Positions 13,782 through 25,489 of a DNA stretch of 64,000 nt are shown here, piece by piece (position 1 is the first letter of the stretch; every line of letters begins with the position of its first letter). Location: contig OZ024743.1 of assembly GCA_964016885.1 (NCBI GenBank), positions 172,732,001-172,796,000 of the forward strand, in the 5' to 3' direction. The notes beneath the pieces are model-generated. The model saw nothing but the letters and a program-made list of their open reading frames with translations. It ran no database searches and had not been told where the DNA came from. The DNA comes from Eledone cirrhosa (Eukaryota). The translations under genes were made by a program, and so were the position numbers.

Positions 13782-14210
13782 GCTAACAGTGGCTTCTCGC
13801 AACCAATTACTTACTTCAATGCTAACAGTGGCTTCTCGCAACCAATTACTTACTTCACTGCTAACAGTGGCTTCTCGCAACCAATTACTTACTTCACTGC
13901 TAACAGTGGCTTCTCGCAACCAATTACTTACTTCAATGCTAACAGTGGCTTCTCGCAACCAATTACTTACTTCACTGCTAACAGTGGCTTCTCGCAACCA
14001 ATTACTTACTTCACTGCGAACAGTGGCTTCTCGCAACCAATTACTTACTTCACTGCTAACAGTGGCTTCTCGCAACCAATTACTTACTTCACTGCGAACA
14101 GTGGCTTCTCGCAACCAATTACTTACTTCACTGCTAACAGTGGCTTCTCGCAACCAATTACTTACTTCAATGCTAACAGTGGCTTCTCGCAACCAATTAC
14201 TTACTTCACT
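13782..14210 (+). repeat. Minisatellite of 11 x 39-bp units, in frame (ANSGFSQPITYF[T/N])
   Basis: Unit GCTAACAGTGGCTTCTCGCAACCAATTACTTACTTCA[C/A]T repeats head-to-tail with no spacers and only two variable positions. Confidence 0.97.
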
Positions 14211-15059
14211 GCTAACACCAACAGCAATAAGAAAAGAAATTGTGTTAATAGAAAAACTATCTGGTTCTCTTCCCCCTTCTCACTCAACGTTAAAACTAAT
14301 GTAAGAAAAAAAATCTTAGCACACTTAGATAGACACAAATACTGCTCCATCTTTAACAGACACAGGGTGAAACTAGGATACTCCTGTGCTAAGAATATGA
14401 AGGCCCACATCACCAACAGCCTTAAGAGCAGCACCCCACCAGGATGCTGTTGCTGAAAGACTGAAGCTTGTCCCCTTCAACAACAATGCAACACATCCAC
14501 TGTAATATACGAAGCTGTGGTCATTTCCAACCAACCAAATCAACAACAAGAAGTTAAATCCTATGTAGGTATGGTGGAGGGCTGGTTTAAGGAACGCTTC
14601 CTGAACCATCAGTCGATATTTAGATACCCGGACAAATAATCGTCCATGAAACTCATGAGCCATGTATGGTCCCTCAAAGACTCAGGCATAGACTACTCCA
14701 TCCAATGGAAAGCTATCACTAAGTTAAAGCCATAAGCAAAGGGAAATCCATTTTGTGGACCCGTGCATTGAATCAACATCCTGAGAAGATTATGCAATAA
14801 CAATTGCCTAAATTCAAAGAATGAACTTTTTTTATGTTGTCCGCACATCTGGATACACCTTTTGAATAATTACAAAGCTCCAGATGGAATAACATCAACA
14901 TTCTATTATTCTGAACAACTCGAATAATTTATTCCGGGCATCCACCGTTATCTCCCTTACACCATTCGAATGCGGGAATACATTGCCCAGGAGAAGTGAC
15001 CATTTCTGCGTATGCATATTCATACCGTTCTTTTTCCTTTTCCTTTCAACTTCACTCAG

Positions 15060-15102
15060 ACCGAGCTGAAGATCCGCATAAGATGAAACATTTGTTCTCG
15101 GT
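15060..15102 (+). ncRNA. Minimal type-I hammerhead ribozyme at the Penelope 3' end
   Basis: ACCGAG-CUGAAGA-short stem II-GAAA-CAUUUG-UU-CUCGGU. The copy at 52829-52869 has palindromic CAAUUG as stem III. Confidence 0.75.
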
Positions 15103-15125
15103 ATGGTGAACTAACTGTTGTGGAA

Positions 15126-15170
<45 letters not shown>

Positions 15171-15182
15171 GAGAGAGAGAGA

Positions 15183-17730
15183 GGGGAGCAGTAAGAATTC
15201 CTGAAAGATAACCTACCGAATCTGACAAACGAAATCTGTGGTTGGAGCAAACCTTTTGGAAGAAGGAGAGTTACTTGGTGGTGGAACAGTAGAGTGGGGG
15301 GAGACACTTAAGGCCAAAAGACGTGCTTGGAAAGAATGGCGGGATGGGGGAAGTAGAGAACACTACCAGGTAGCTAGAAGAGAAACTAGGCAACAAGTGT
15401 ACTTTGCAAAAATGGAAAGAGAAGATAAACAATTTAAGCATGTTCTGCAATGCAAGGACCACAGGTGTGAGGTGTTCAGGATTGCAAGGCAATGTGTCTG
15501 GAAAAATTTTAATATTGTTATGGAGAAGTGTGTCCACAATGATAATGGAGTACTTGCCCTCACTGATGCTGAAAAGAAGATAGCATGGAAGTGCCACTAT
15601 GAAAGACTGCTAATTGAGGAGAATGAATGGGGTGAAGATAGTTTGCCACAAGTTGACCCAACAGAGGGACCAGCTGTGCAAGTTAGAAGTAGTATAGTAA
15701 ATAAGGCAATCAAAGATAAGAAGACAGGGAAGGCAGCTGGACCTTCGGGAATAGTTGCTGAGATGCTGAAAACATCTGGGATGGTAGGAAACAACATAGT
15801 CACATGTATTGTGAACCAAGTAATACAAAATGAAGTCATAATCAATGACTGGCGTAGCAGCATCATAATCAACTGCTACAAGGGTAAAGGAGATGTTGTA
15901 GACAGAAAAAATTATAGAGGCATTAAGTTGGTTGACCAAGTCATGAAGGTCACAGAAATAATTATTGCACAGCTGATTAGGGACCGAATTAAACTTGACG
16001 AAATGCAATTTAGATTTGTACCAGGTAAAAGCACCATGGATGCTCTCTTCCTCGTAAGGCAACTACATAAGAAGTACTTAGCTAAAAGTAAACCCCTCTA
16101 CTTAGCTTTGTTGACTTGGAGAAAGCCTTTTACAGAGTCTCCTGCTCCATTATCTGGTGGGCTCTTAGAAAACTAGGAGTAGATGAGTGGCTTGTGAAAG
16201 CTGTACAAGCCATGTATAGAGGAACAGTCAGCAAGGTTAGAATTAACAACGACTATAGTGAAGAATTCAGTGTACAAGTAGGTGTTCACCAAGGTTATGT
16301 CCTTAACCCCCTCCTGTTTATTATTGCCCTATAGGCTATAACAGAGGAGTTTAAGACTGGCTGCCCATGGGAACTTCTGTATGCAGATGATCTAACTCTG
16401 ATAGATGAAAGTATGGCAGATTTAGAGAAGAGATTCCAAATCTGGAAGCATAGCCTAGAATCAAATGGTCTTAAAGTTAACTTGTCAAAGACTAACGTCC
16501 TAGTATGTAGAAAGGAAAATAGGACCCAGATTCCCTCTGGGAAATGGCCTTGCTCAGTGTGCAGGAAAGGAGGAGGCAGAAATTCCATTCTATGTCCCAA
16601 ATGCAAGCTATGGGTACATAAAAGATGCTCTGGGATCACAGGCAGGCTATCAAAGAATGTAGGTTTTATATGCAGCCAATGCACAGGTGCAGTAAGTAGC
16701 AAGAGCCCACAGGATACTAGCTCCTTCAAAAGCCCAGATGGTTTTGTAAAAATAGTTGACATTACCTGGGTGATGAAATCAGCAGTGGAGGAGGGTTTTG
16801 AGGGTGTTCTTAAAGTACAGTAGCCAGAGTAAGAATGGAATTGAGAAAGTATAGAGAGCTACCTTCACTGTTTGCTACAAAATCTTGTTCCTTTAAAAGG
16901 AAGGGCAGATTGTACGATGCATTTATACAAACAGCAGTGTTAGATAGCAGTGAGACCTGGGCACTGTGTGCAGAGGACCTGCAAAGATTGGAAAGAAATG
17001 AAGCATGCATGCTTTGATGGATATGTAAGAGTAATATACATGAACGGCAAAACATAATGAACTGAGAGAAATTAGCCATAAGAGGGATCAGATACAGTAT
17101 GCTAGAGAGGCGAATGCGCTGGTATGGTCATGTGATGCGTATGAAGGACGACAGTTGTATCAAAAGGTGCAGGGTGATCAAAATTGATGGAAGTTGTGAA
17201 GTAGGAAGACCCAGGAAGAAATGGGGTGAGGTGATAAAAGCTGACCTTGCACAATTGCACCTCTCAAAGGCGACACAGGATCAAGATCTTTGGCATTATG
17301 CAGTAATACAGAAAAGAAACGTTCCCATGCACATGGACTCAAAAACACATCTTGTAGGCACTTCTTAACCACTATACCCCTTCCATACATGACCAACCCA
17401 CCCATCCACTTCTGTCTACACCACAATTACATAATGTTATGTTGGTATCACAACAAAAAAGTATTCAGCCCACAATGTGAAGTGGTTGCGTAGGTCTCAT
17501 GACAACAGCACCCCGCCCACACAGTAAAGTAGTCGTGTAGGTGTCATGACAAAAAGCACCCAGCACACAGTGTAAATGTGGTTGGCATTAGGAAGAGCAT
17601 CCAGCCATAGAAACCTAGCCAGAAACAGTTCTATATGAACAAGAAATGGTCACCTGACCCGACTTGCCTCTAATGGGACATCTCGTCTAACCCATATTAG
17701 CATGGAAAATGAACATTAAATGATGATGAT
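15183..17730 (+). mobile_element. RTE-clade LINE (family A), 5'-truncated, (ATG)n tail
   Basis: RT ORF pieces 15238-17368 (YADD, RMRWYGHVMR, GRPRKKW). The 3'UTR contains GGAAGAGCATCCAGC and ends in TAAATGATGATGAT. Confidence 0.92.
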
Positions 17731-17756
17731 ATATATATTTACATACATATATATAT

Positions 17757-18392
17757 ATTAGTATTGGTACTCTAAAATAGTGATGTATACATGAATGTAT
17801 GTATTTGGCAATATACAGTATGTTTGATTAAAAACATTTAGAAGACCATTCGCTATGAGTTTTAAAGTAGTGACTATGTCACTTATTCTCAGCAAAAACA
17901 ACAGAGAGTGATTGACAGACAGTCTGTTTCTCACTTGTTAGTGTTTATCAAGACTACACACTCCCTTGCCTTTGCCAAGAATTATACAAGCTGTGTTCTT
18001 ATAGAATTCCAGTAATATTTAAGAGCTGATTAAACAGAGCGATTGCCGGTCCAGAAAAAATTAGGTATTAGTATTGGTGCTCTAAAATAGCGATGTATAC
18101 ATGAATGTATGTATAGTATGTTTGGCAATATACAGTATGTTTAACCTAATTTTTTCTGGACCGGCAATCGCTCTGTTTAATCAGCTCTTAAATATTACTG
18201 GAATTCTATAAGAACACAGCTTGTATAATTCTTGGCAAAGGCAAGGGAGTGTGTAGTCTTGATAAACACTAACAAGTGAGAAACAGACTGTCTGTCAATC
18301 ACTCTCTGTTGTTTTTGCCGAGAATAAGTGACATAGTCACTACTTTAAAACTCATAGCGAATGGTCTTCTAAATGTTTTTTATTAAGCATAC
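17757..18392. repeat. A-B-A'-B(inverted) structure; about 240-bp inverted repeat
   Basis: 17826-18066 is nearly the exact reverse complement of 18144-18392. 17757-17825 is directly repeated at about 18068-18142. Confidence 0.9.
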
Positions 18393-18869
18393 AGTGAGTG
18401 TATATATTTATTATATATAGTGTCTATGTGTGTATATATATATATATGTGTGTGGGGTGTATATATTTATTATATATAGTGTGTCTATGTGTGTGCATAT
18501 ATATATATATATATATGTGTGTGGGGTGTATGTGTGGGGGTGTATATATTTATTATATATAGTGTGTCTATGTGTGCATATATATATATATATATGTGTG
18601 TGAGGGGTGTATATATTTATTATATATAGTGTGTATATATATGTGTGTGTGGGGGTGTATATATTTATTATATATAGTGTGTCTATGTGTGTGTGTATAT
18701 ATATATATATATATGTGTGTGGGGGTGTATTAATATATGTGTGTGTGGGGGTGTATATATTTATTATATATAGTGTGTCTATGTGTGTGTATATATATAT
18801 ATATATGTGTGTGTGTGGGGATGTATATATTTATTATATATAGGAGTGTATATATATATATATGTATAT

Positions 18870-19265
18870 GTCACATTCATTGGCAATAGCCGGCTGTGGT
18901 TGGAGTTTATGTACTTTTGCATGTCGTTTGAGCCCTCCTGCTGATTTACATTCTCTACCACGTTTGGCAAGCATGCACTGGTAGTCAACCACTGGTCTTA
19001 CTTTATGACTGCGAAGATGACTTTCGAGTCCAGCTTTGCTTAGGCAGAGTCTCACACAGACGCTGCATGTCAGCACCATAGGAGGACCTTCGCCGTGTCT
19101 GGAAGTGCAACAGCAATGCCCTTCCTCACATCCCTCTTTACTTTCTCGTATGCGATTCGAGATGCCTCAAAGGCAACTTTTCCCTCATATACAGTCTTTC
19201 TCCATTTATTACATTTCCCCATGTATCAGCAGAGCTGTTAGCATCTTTCAAAGAGGCTTTCACCC
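18870..19265 (-). mobile_element. LINE ORF C-terminal fragment with two C2H2-like fingers (RTE/BovB-like)
   Basis: CSVCVRLCLSKAGLESHLRSH and GRECKSAGGLKRHAKVH; flanked by (TA)n. Confidence 0.6.
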
Positions 19266-19282
19266 TACTATATATATATATA

Positions 19283-19625
19283 GTGGCACATGGCTTAGTG
19301 GTTAGAGCATTGGCCTTGCAATCAAAAGGTTGTCAGTTCAATTCTCAGACCGAGTGATGTGTTGTTTCCTTGAGCGAGACACTTTATTTCACATTGCTCC
19401 AGTTTACTCAGCTGTAGAAATGAGATGATAGGGACTGGGGTCCCTATCATTCCACTGCAAAGTGGACGTGTAGGCGCCACGGCAAAAAAGCACCCAGCAC
19501 TCACTGTAAATGAGGTTGGTGTTAGGAAGGGCATCCAGCTGTAGAAATCAAGCCAAAATCAGTTCCCATCCCACCCTTGCAAGCAGGGAAAAGCGGACGT
19601 AAAATGAAATGATGATGATGATGAC
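19283..19625 (+). mobile_element. tRNA-derived SINE (family 2) with CORE-like body and RTE-derived 3' part
   Basis: A box TGGCTTAGTGG, B box GTTCAATTC, body CCTTGAGCGAGACACTTTATTTCACATTGCTCC, then GTTAGGAAGGGCATCCAGC and an (ATG)n tail. Copy at 37481-37830 (-); head-only copy at 36077-36175. Confidence 0.85.
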
Positions 19626-19671
19626 AGTATATTGCCAAATATACTATACATACATTCATATATATATATAT

Positions 19672-20005
19672 GATGGCTGCCCTCTCGTTATCGAGTATGG
19701 CCATTGCACGATATAACATTTTAATAATTATTAATTAATGCTATCGTGCAATGCCTGTGCATGAAGATTTTTTTATAGTGAGGAAAGATTGTGCACTAGG
19801 CCAATCCCACTCTCTGAGCGACAGTAGCTATAACTCGAAAAGAAGAAAAGATCTATATTATCGGCAACTACTGAGCCGCAGGTTTTATGTCGGAGTTATC
19901 CCAGTTTCCTGAGTTGTCTTCTCCTAGAATAATGCCCTGACAAAAGCTAGGGGTCCTTCACTCCCAATGGTTTAACCGCGCGATCGAGTATTCGGCCTGA
20001 TTATT
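19672..20005 (-). mobile_element. Short non-autonomous RTE-like element
   Basis: The minus strand ends GCAATGGCCATACTCGATAACGAGAGGGCAGCCATCAT, an RTE-type 3' hairpin end. There is no ORF. The assignment is from recalled resemblance only. Confidence 0.45.
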
Positions 20006-20122
20006 TCTATGTCCCCGCACATATACATACACATGCATACATGTATATACATATATATACATATATACATATATATATATACAAAATATTAAAACAATCA
20101 AATCTTAGTTTAATACATTTAA

Positions 20123-20171
20123 TTGTTGACAATTGTTTCTTCCAGACGAACGTCTGGAATCATCAGAGCAT
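20123..20171 (-). ncRNA. Minimal hammerhead ribozyme
   Basis: CUGAUGA-UUCCAGAC GUUC GUCUGGAA-GAAA-CAAUUG-UC. Stem II is perfect; stem I has one mismatch. Related to 62546-62594. Confidence 0.75.
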
Positions 20172-20681
20172 AGAGAATGTTTAAACAGGTAATTAAAATC
20201 TTAGTCTTCACAACATTTAGAGGGACACATAACTATTGACAAGATACAATAAAAAAAAGATGTAAGATAAGATAGATAAAAGATATCATAGCATTGGAAA
20301 TCGGGTAATGTTAAGGGTATATAATGCAAAAGTTAATAAAATTAATAAAGGCATGCATGAGGTAAAGGTTATATAATAAATGAAACAAGCATATTTCATG
20401 TAGAATGTAAAAACATGTTAAAAGTGTTAGAAATGTTTAAAATTTTTTAAATGGCATGCAATGTGGTAGAGAGATGTGTGGTGATAAAATGGATAGATGT
20501 TGTGTAAAGTATAATGCAAAAAACGTGATTCAATTAGATAGGTAATTTTCATTCAAGAATGTTTATATTAGAGTTTGTATATAGATGTATATGTTGGGTA
20601 TAACACAAATGTATTAACCATGGAATTTTCTTAGTTTTAGATGTAATGTTTTTGAGATGTGTATAGTTTAAAAATATAGTT

Positions 20682-20729
<48 letters not shown>

Positions 20730-20730
<1 letters not shown>

Positions 20731-21880
20731 TAGAGAAGAAATTCCAAACTTGGAAGCAGGGACTAGAAAGAAAGGGTCTCAAAGTCAACATGACAAAGAC
20801 TAAGGTCCTTGTAAGTAGACGAGAAAACAGAACCCAGATCCCCTCAGGGAAATGGCCTTGCTCAGTATGTAGGAAAGGTGTAGGTAGGAACTCCATTCTC
20901 TGCCCCAAATGCAAACAATGGGTACACAAGAGTTGTAGTGGGATCTCAGGAAGCTTAATTAAGAATGTAGGCTGGGATAGCAAGCAGCAAACAGCCACAG
21001 GAAACAAGTACCATCAATCTCTGGGAGGGCTCTGTAGAAACAGTAGACAGCTTCTGCTACCTAGGTGACCGAATTAGCAGTGGAGGTGGGTGTTCAGAAA
21101 GTACAATAACTAGGGTAAGAACAGGATGGAAGAAGTTCAGGGAACTACTGCCACTGCTAGCTGCAAAAGGCTTCTCCCTCAAAATGAAAGGCAGACTGTA
21201 TGATGAGTGTATCCGAACAGCAATGTTACATGGTAGTGAGGTGGAAGACTTACGTAGATTAGAAAGAAACGAAGCATGCTCCGATGGATGTGTAATAGTA
21301 ATATACACGAACGGCAAAGCATAAATGGAGAGAGAGACTGAGCATAAGAGGAATCAAATGCTGTATGCAGGAGAGGCGGTTGCGTTGGTATGGATATGTA
21401 ATGCGTATGAAGGAAGACAGCTGCATAAAAAGGTGCAGAGCACTAGAAGTCAATGGAAACTGCGGAGTGGGGAGACCCAAGAAGACCTGGAATAGGTGAT
21501 AAAAGCCGACCTTACCCAATTACACCTCTCAAAGGCGATGACACACGACCGTCACCTCTGGTGTCACGCAGTAATACAGAGTACCCGATCTCCCATGGGT
21601 ACAAGCTGAAGCATATAGACAATATGCCCCCACACCCTCCCACTGCAAAGTGGAAGTGGAGGTGCCACGGCAAAAAAAGCACCCAGCCCACACTGTAAAG
21701 TGGACATGTAGGCGCCATGGAAAAAAGCACCCAGCACTCACTGTAAATGAGATTGGTGTTAGGAAGGGCATCCAGCTGTAGAAATCAAGCCAAAATCAGT
21801 TCCTGTATGAGCAAGACAAGGTCAGCTGACCAGACACTGCCCACAACAGGACAACCCATCTAACCCATGCTAGCATGGAA
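20730..21880 (+). mobile_element. RTE LINE family A 3' fragment
   Basis: KTKVLVSRRENRTQIPSGKWPCSVC, RLRWYG and the family A 3'UTR. Confidence 0.88.
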
Positions 21881-24360
21881 ACTTTGTTGGTGTTTACCAA
21901 GTCCATTGTCAGACGGAGTTTCAATGAATCCATGCCCAGGGAAGCAAGGCGTTCAGAGTATGGTAGGTGTCTGATGGAGGGTATGCACTTGGTTGCACGT
22001 CTCTGAACAGTTTCCAGGAGGTCAATGTTCTGAACAAAATAGGGGTTACAGACTGATGATGCGAATTCCAAGTGTGGTCATACCATAGCTGTATACAGCT
22101 TTAAATAGATGGCTGGAGAGCGGCTAACAAAGGTCTTGCTGAGTGATGCCAAGACACCCTCGGCCTTCTTGACAATCTTAGGGACGTGCTTTGTCCAACG
22201 CAAATCGTTGCTGACAGTAATGCCCAGGTCACGTTCACAAGAGGACTTCTTGATATCAGTGTTGTGGAGGGAGTATGTGGACGCTAGGTTTTTCCTCCCA
22301 AAATGCATGATGGTACACTTGTCCACAGCCAGCTTCAGTTGCCAGTCTGTGATCCATTGCTGCATTGTGTCCAGGTCTGATTGTAGGAAAGAGTTGTATA
22401 TTTCAGGATCTGTCCTTTTGATTTCAAGGTACAGCTTGATATCATCTGCATATTTCAGTACCGTGGCATTCTTTAAGTTGGCATCTATGTCATTAATATA
22501 TGCTACAAACAAAAGGGGACCAAGAACAGATCCCTGTGGTACACCAGATGACATCTCATATGGTGAAGAATGCTGTCCTAGAACCGTGACTACCTCTTTT
22601 CGGCTGAGAATGAAGGATTTCAACCAGTTAAAAAGATCATCCATCAAACCCATTGCAGAGAGTTTCGCCATAAGTCTTTTGTGTGGCACAGAATTAAAAG
22701 CCTTAGCGAAGTCAAGGTAAGCAACATCCACCCATGAACCGCTGTCAGTGATCCGGGTGATGTCTTCAAGAAACTCAATAAGTTGATCACAGCAGCTGGA
22801 GTTGGGGATAAATCCAAATTGCGAGGGCCGGATGAGGCTGTGAGAGCTCCAGAAGTTCCAAAGTGTTTCTCTGACACAGGATTCCATCCGTTTGGCAATA
22901 CGGCTAGTAAGACTGACTGGACGATAGTTGACAGGTGACGTGCGGTCGCCATTTTTGAACAGGGGAATGATACTGGCAGTTTTCCACTGCTCCGGAGTAG
23001 CACCATTGTTGAGACAGTATTGAAAGAAGAAAGAAAGCTGGTGCAAAAGGAAGTACCCGCCACATTTGAGAAGCAGATATGTAATACCATCAAGACCAGG
23101 GGAGGCATAATTGCGCTTATTCTTAAGGTGACGTCGCAGCATTGCAGGTGTAAATTCCATAGTTGTTATGGAATTTGATGTTAGAGATGGTGTAGATGGT
23201 ACATTCTGGTTTTCAACAGTAAAAATGCTTGCATAGCACTCAGCAATGAGTTCTGCGCATTCTTTGGGATCGTCAGTGATCTGGCTTGTGTGGGGATTGC
23301 GAAGAGGACCAACTGGAGAGTGAGGTCTCTGCTTTGAATGTACATATTTCCAGAACACCTTACTGTCAGGATTGGTTGCTATGCACTGTTCAAATTCAAG
23401 CACTGCCTTTTTTGTCACTTGCTTGAGATGGTTGAAAGATTTATTCCGCTTTTTTCTGTTGGCATCTGATTTATGCAGTTTATATTCCCGTTCAGCATTC
23501 CGACGTTGTTTCCTGGCAAGTTGGACTGCTGAAGGGTCCAAAACTGCACTTTTGGGGTGGGGGTTTTTTCTGCTTACATGGCACTGATGCTGCACACGCT
23601 ATCCATATTGAGTCCAGGATGCCCTGGAGTATAGTGTTCACATCTCCATAGTTATAGAACTCATGCCAGTTTGGGCGCTGTAGCTCAGTGCAGTACAAGT
23701 TCTAATCGGCTTTCTTCCAATCAAAGCAAGCAGATTGGAGATGGTTCTGGTTTTTGTTGCTGCCCGCAAGAGCCAGATTGGCAATGATCATAGCATGATC
23801 AGAGTCGCCTAGAGGTTCCTCAGTAGTACAACTGATAACCACTTCAGGAGTAGTGGTGAAGATCAGGTCTAAAGTGTTGTCACCTCTTGTTGGAGAAGTG
23901 ACTACTTGTGACCAGTTTGAGTCCAGCACTAGCTCAAGGAAATCGTTTGCACTTTGTGGCCAACGAAAGGTTTCCCAATCGATCTCAGGATGATTGAAGT
24001 CACTTGCAATAAACACATAAGTGGCTGTTTTCCTGGCAGCATCTCTGAGGATATCGCAAAGCTGTGTGTCTTGATGGTAACTTGGGGGGGGGGGGGCGAT
24101 AAACAACATCAAGCAGAAGTGTTGACATGGTCATACGTATGTCACAGAAAAAAACTTCTTGTGATTCGTTCAAATCAACGCAAGGAATTACCGAAAAGTT
24201 TAACGAACGTAGACCATCACACCACCACCTACGGCGATTAATGCGGTCCTTGCAGAACAGGTTGTACCCAGTAATGCAGAAAACCCCATCACAGAGTAAG
24301 GAATGTGCCCATGTTTCCGTGACTGTGATGAAGTCAGGTTCGATGCTTCTGACGTAGGAG
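21881..24360 (-). mobile_element. CR1/L2-group LINE ORF2 (APE endonuclease plus RT), degenerate
   Basis: VTETW, YRPP, DFN, TRGDNTLDL, SDH (APE); NYRPVSLTS, LDFAKAFNSV, GVPQGSVLGPLLF, KYADD, ERDLG (RT). Confidence 0.9.
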
Positions 24361-24361
24361 T

Positions 24362-24876
24362 TGTGATGCGTATGAAGGATGACAGCTGCATAAAAAGGTG
24401 CAGAGTTGATGGAAGCTGCGGAGTGGGGAGACTCAAGAAGACCTGGGATGAGGTGATAAAAGCCGACCTTACCCAATCGCACCTCTCAAGGGCGATGACA
24501 CACGACCGTGGCCTCTGGCGTCACGCAGTAATACAGAAGACCCGAACCCCCACAGGTACAAGACAAAGCTGAAGCATATAGACAATATGCCCCCACACCC
24601 TCCCACTGCAAAGTGGTCGTGGAGGTGCCACGACAAAAAGCACCCAGCCCGCACTGTAAAGTGGACGTGTAGGCGCCACTGAAAGAAATCACCCAGCACT
24701 CACTGTAAATGAGCTTGGTGTTAGGAAGGGCATCCAGCTGTAGAAATCAAACCAGAATCAGTTCCTGTATGAGCAAGACAAGGTCAGCCGACTGGACACT
24801 GCCCACAACAGGACAACCCGTCTAACCCATGCTAGCGTGGAAGAACGGACGTAAAACAGTAATGATGATGATGATA
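24362..24876 (+). mobile_element. RTE family A 3' end with (ATG)n tail
   Basis: Closely similar to 21400-21880; ends in GTAATGATGATGATGAT. Confidence 0.88.
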
Positions 24877-24878
24877 TA

Positions 24879-25467
24879 CTAGCCAAATTACCCACGCCTT
24901 GCGTTTCACGCATTTTTTTTGTAAGAAAATGTAATGCATGAAAAATTGGAAAACATTTTTCGTAATATATCAAATCAAAATTACATTATTAAATCTTATT
25001 CTTAATATTGTTTCTTGTAAATAATTTTTTTTTAAATATCAATTCAAAACTTTTGTGAATAGGCATCGTATCTTGTCATTTACCTAGGGTTTAAATTTCA
25101 TATAAATCAAAGGGAAAAAATTTTCAGGGGGGGTTTGCACCTCAGGGGAACCCTAATAGGGGTTTAACCCTCATTAGGGTGTCTTATTATTATTGAAATT
25201 TGCTAAAATTTTGTGAATAGGCATCATATCTTGTTATTTACCTATGGTTTAAATTTCATATAAATCGAAGGGAAAAGATTTTCAGCAGGGGTTTTGTGCT
25301 CCCGGGGAACCCTTTGATTAAAATGAAATATACTTATCCAAGTACCCTGGGCAATGTAGTTTCAGAATATATATGGTTATGGGGGGGGGGGGGGTCTATC
25401 TCCAGAACCATAGGAGGAGTTCGTGAACAAACAAACAAACAGACAGGAACACAACTTTATATATAGA
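24879..25467 (-). mobile_element. Non-autonomous Helitron
   Basis: Minus strand starts A|TCTATATATAAAG and ends with a GC-rich hairpin region then CTAG|T. It has an internal duplication of about 150 bp. Confidence 0.7.
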
Positions 25468-25489
25468 TATATTAATAGTAATAATAATA

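Larger units (their letters stand above)
13738..15130 (+). mobile_element. 5'-truncated Penelope-like element (Naiad-type), linker plus GIY-YIG endonuclease, with an inverted terminal piece
   Basis: IWFSSPFSLNVKTN, KLGYSC, CxC..CPL..C, VIYEA..SYVG, C-terminal C..CPH. 13738-13758 is the reverse complement of the 3' terminus at about 15109-15129. A hammerhead lies in the 3' end. Sister copy at 52800-53580. Confidence 0.85.

Noticed and set aside
13782-14210. CRISPR-like array
   Set aside because: The units are contiguous with no unique spacers, there are no cas genes, and the repeat lies in frame inside a eukaryotic retroelement.
14454-14456. TGA after the Cys-rich motif as a selenocysteine codon
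   Set aside because: It follows the CxC motif at a position that is CAA in the sister copy (about 53460) and Arg in the 26.9-kb element. This fits CpG decay of CGA.
19283-19350. tRNA gene
   Set aside because: The A and B boxes belong to a SINE head. I could not fold a cloverleaf, and the sequence continues into a SINE body.
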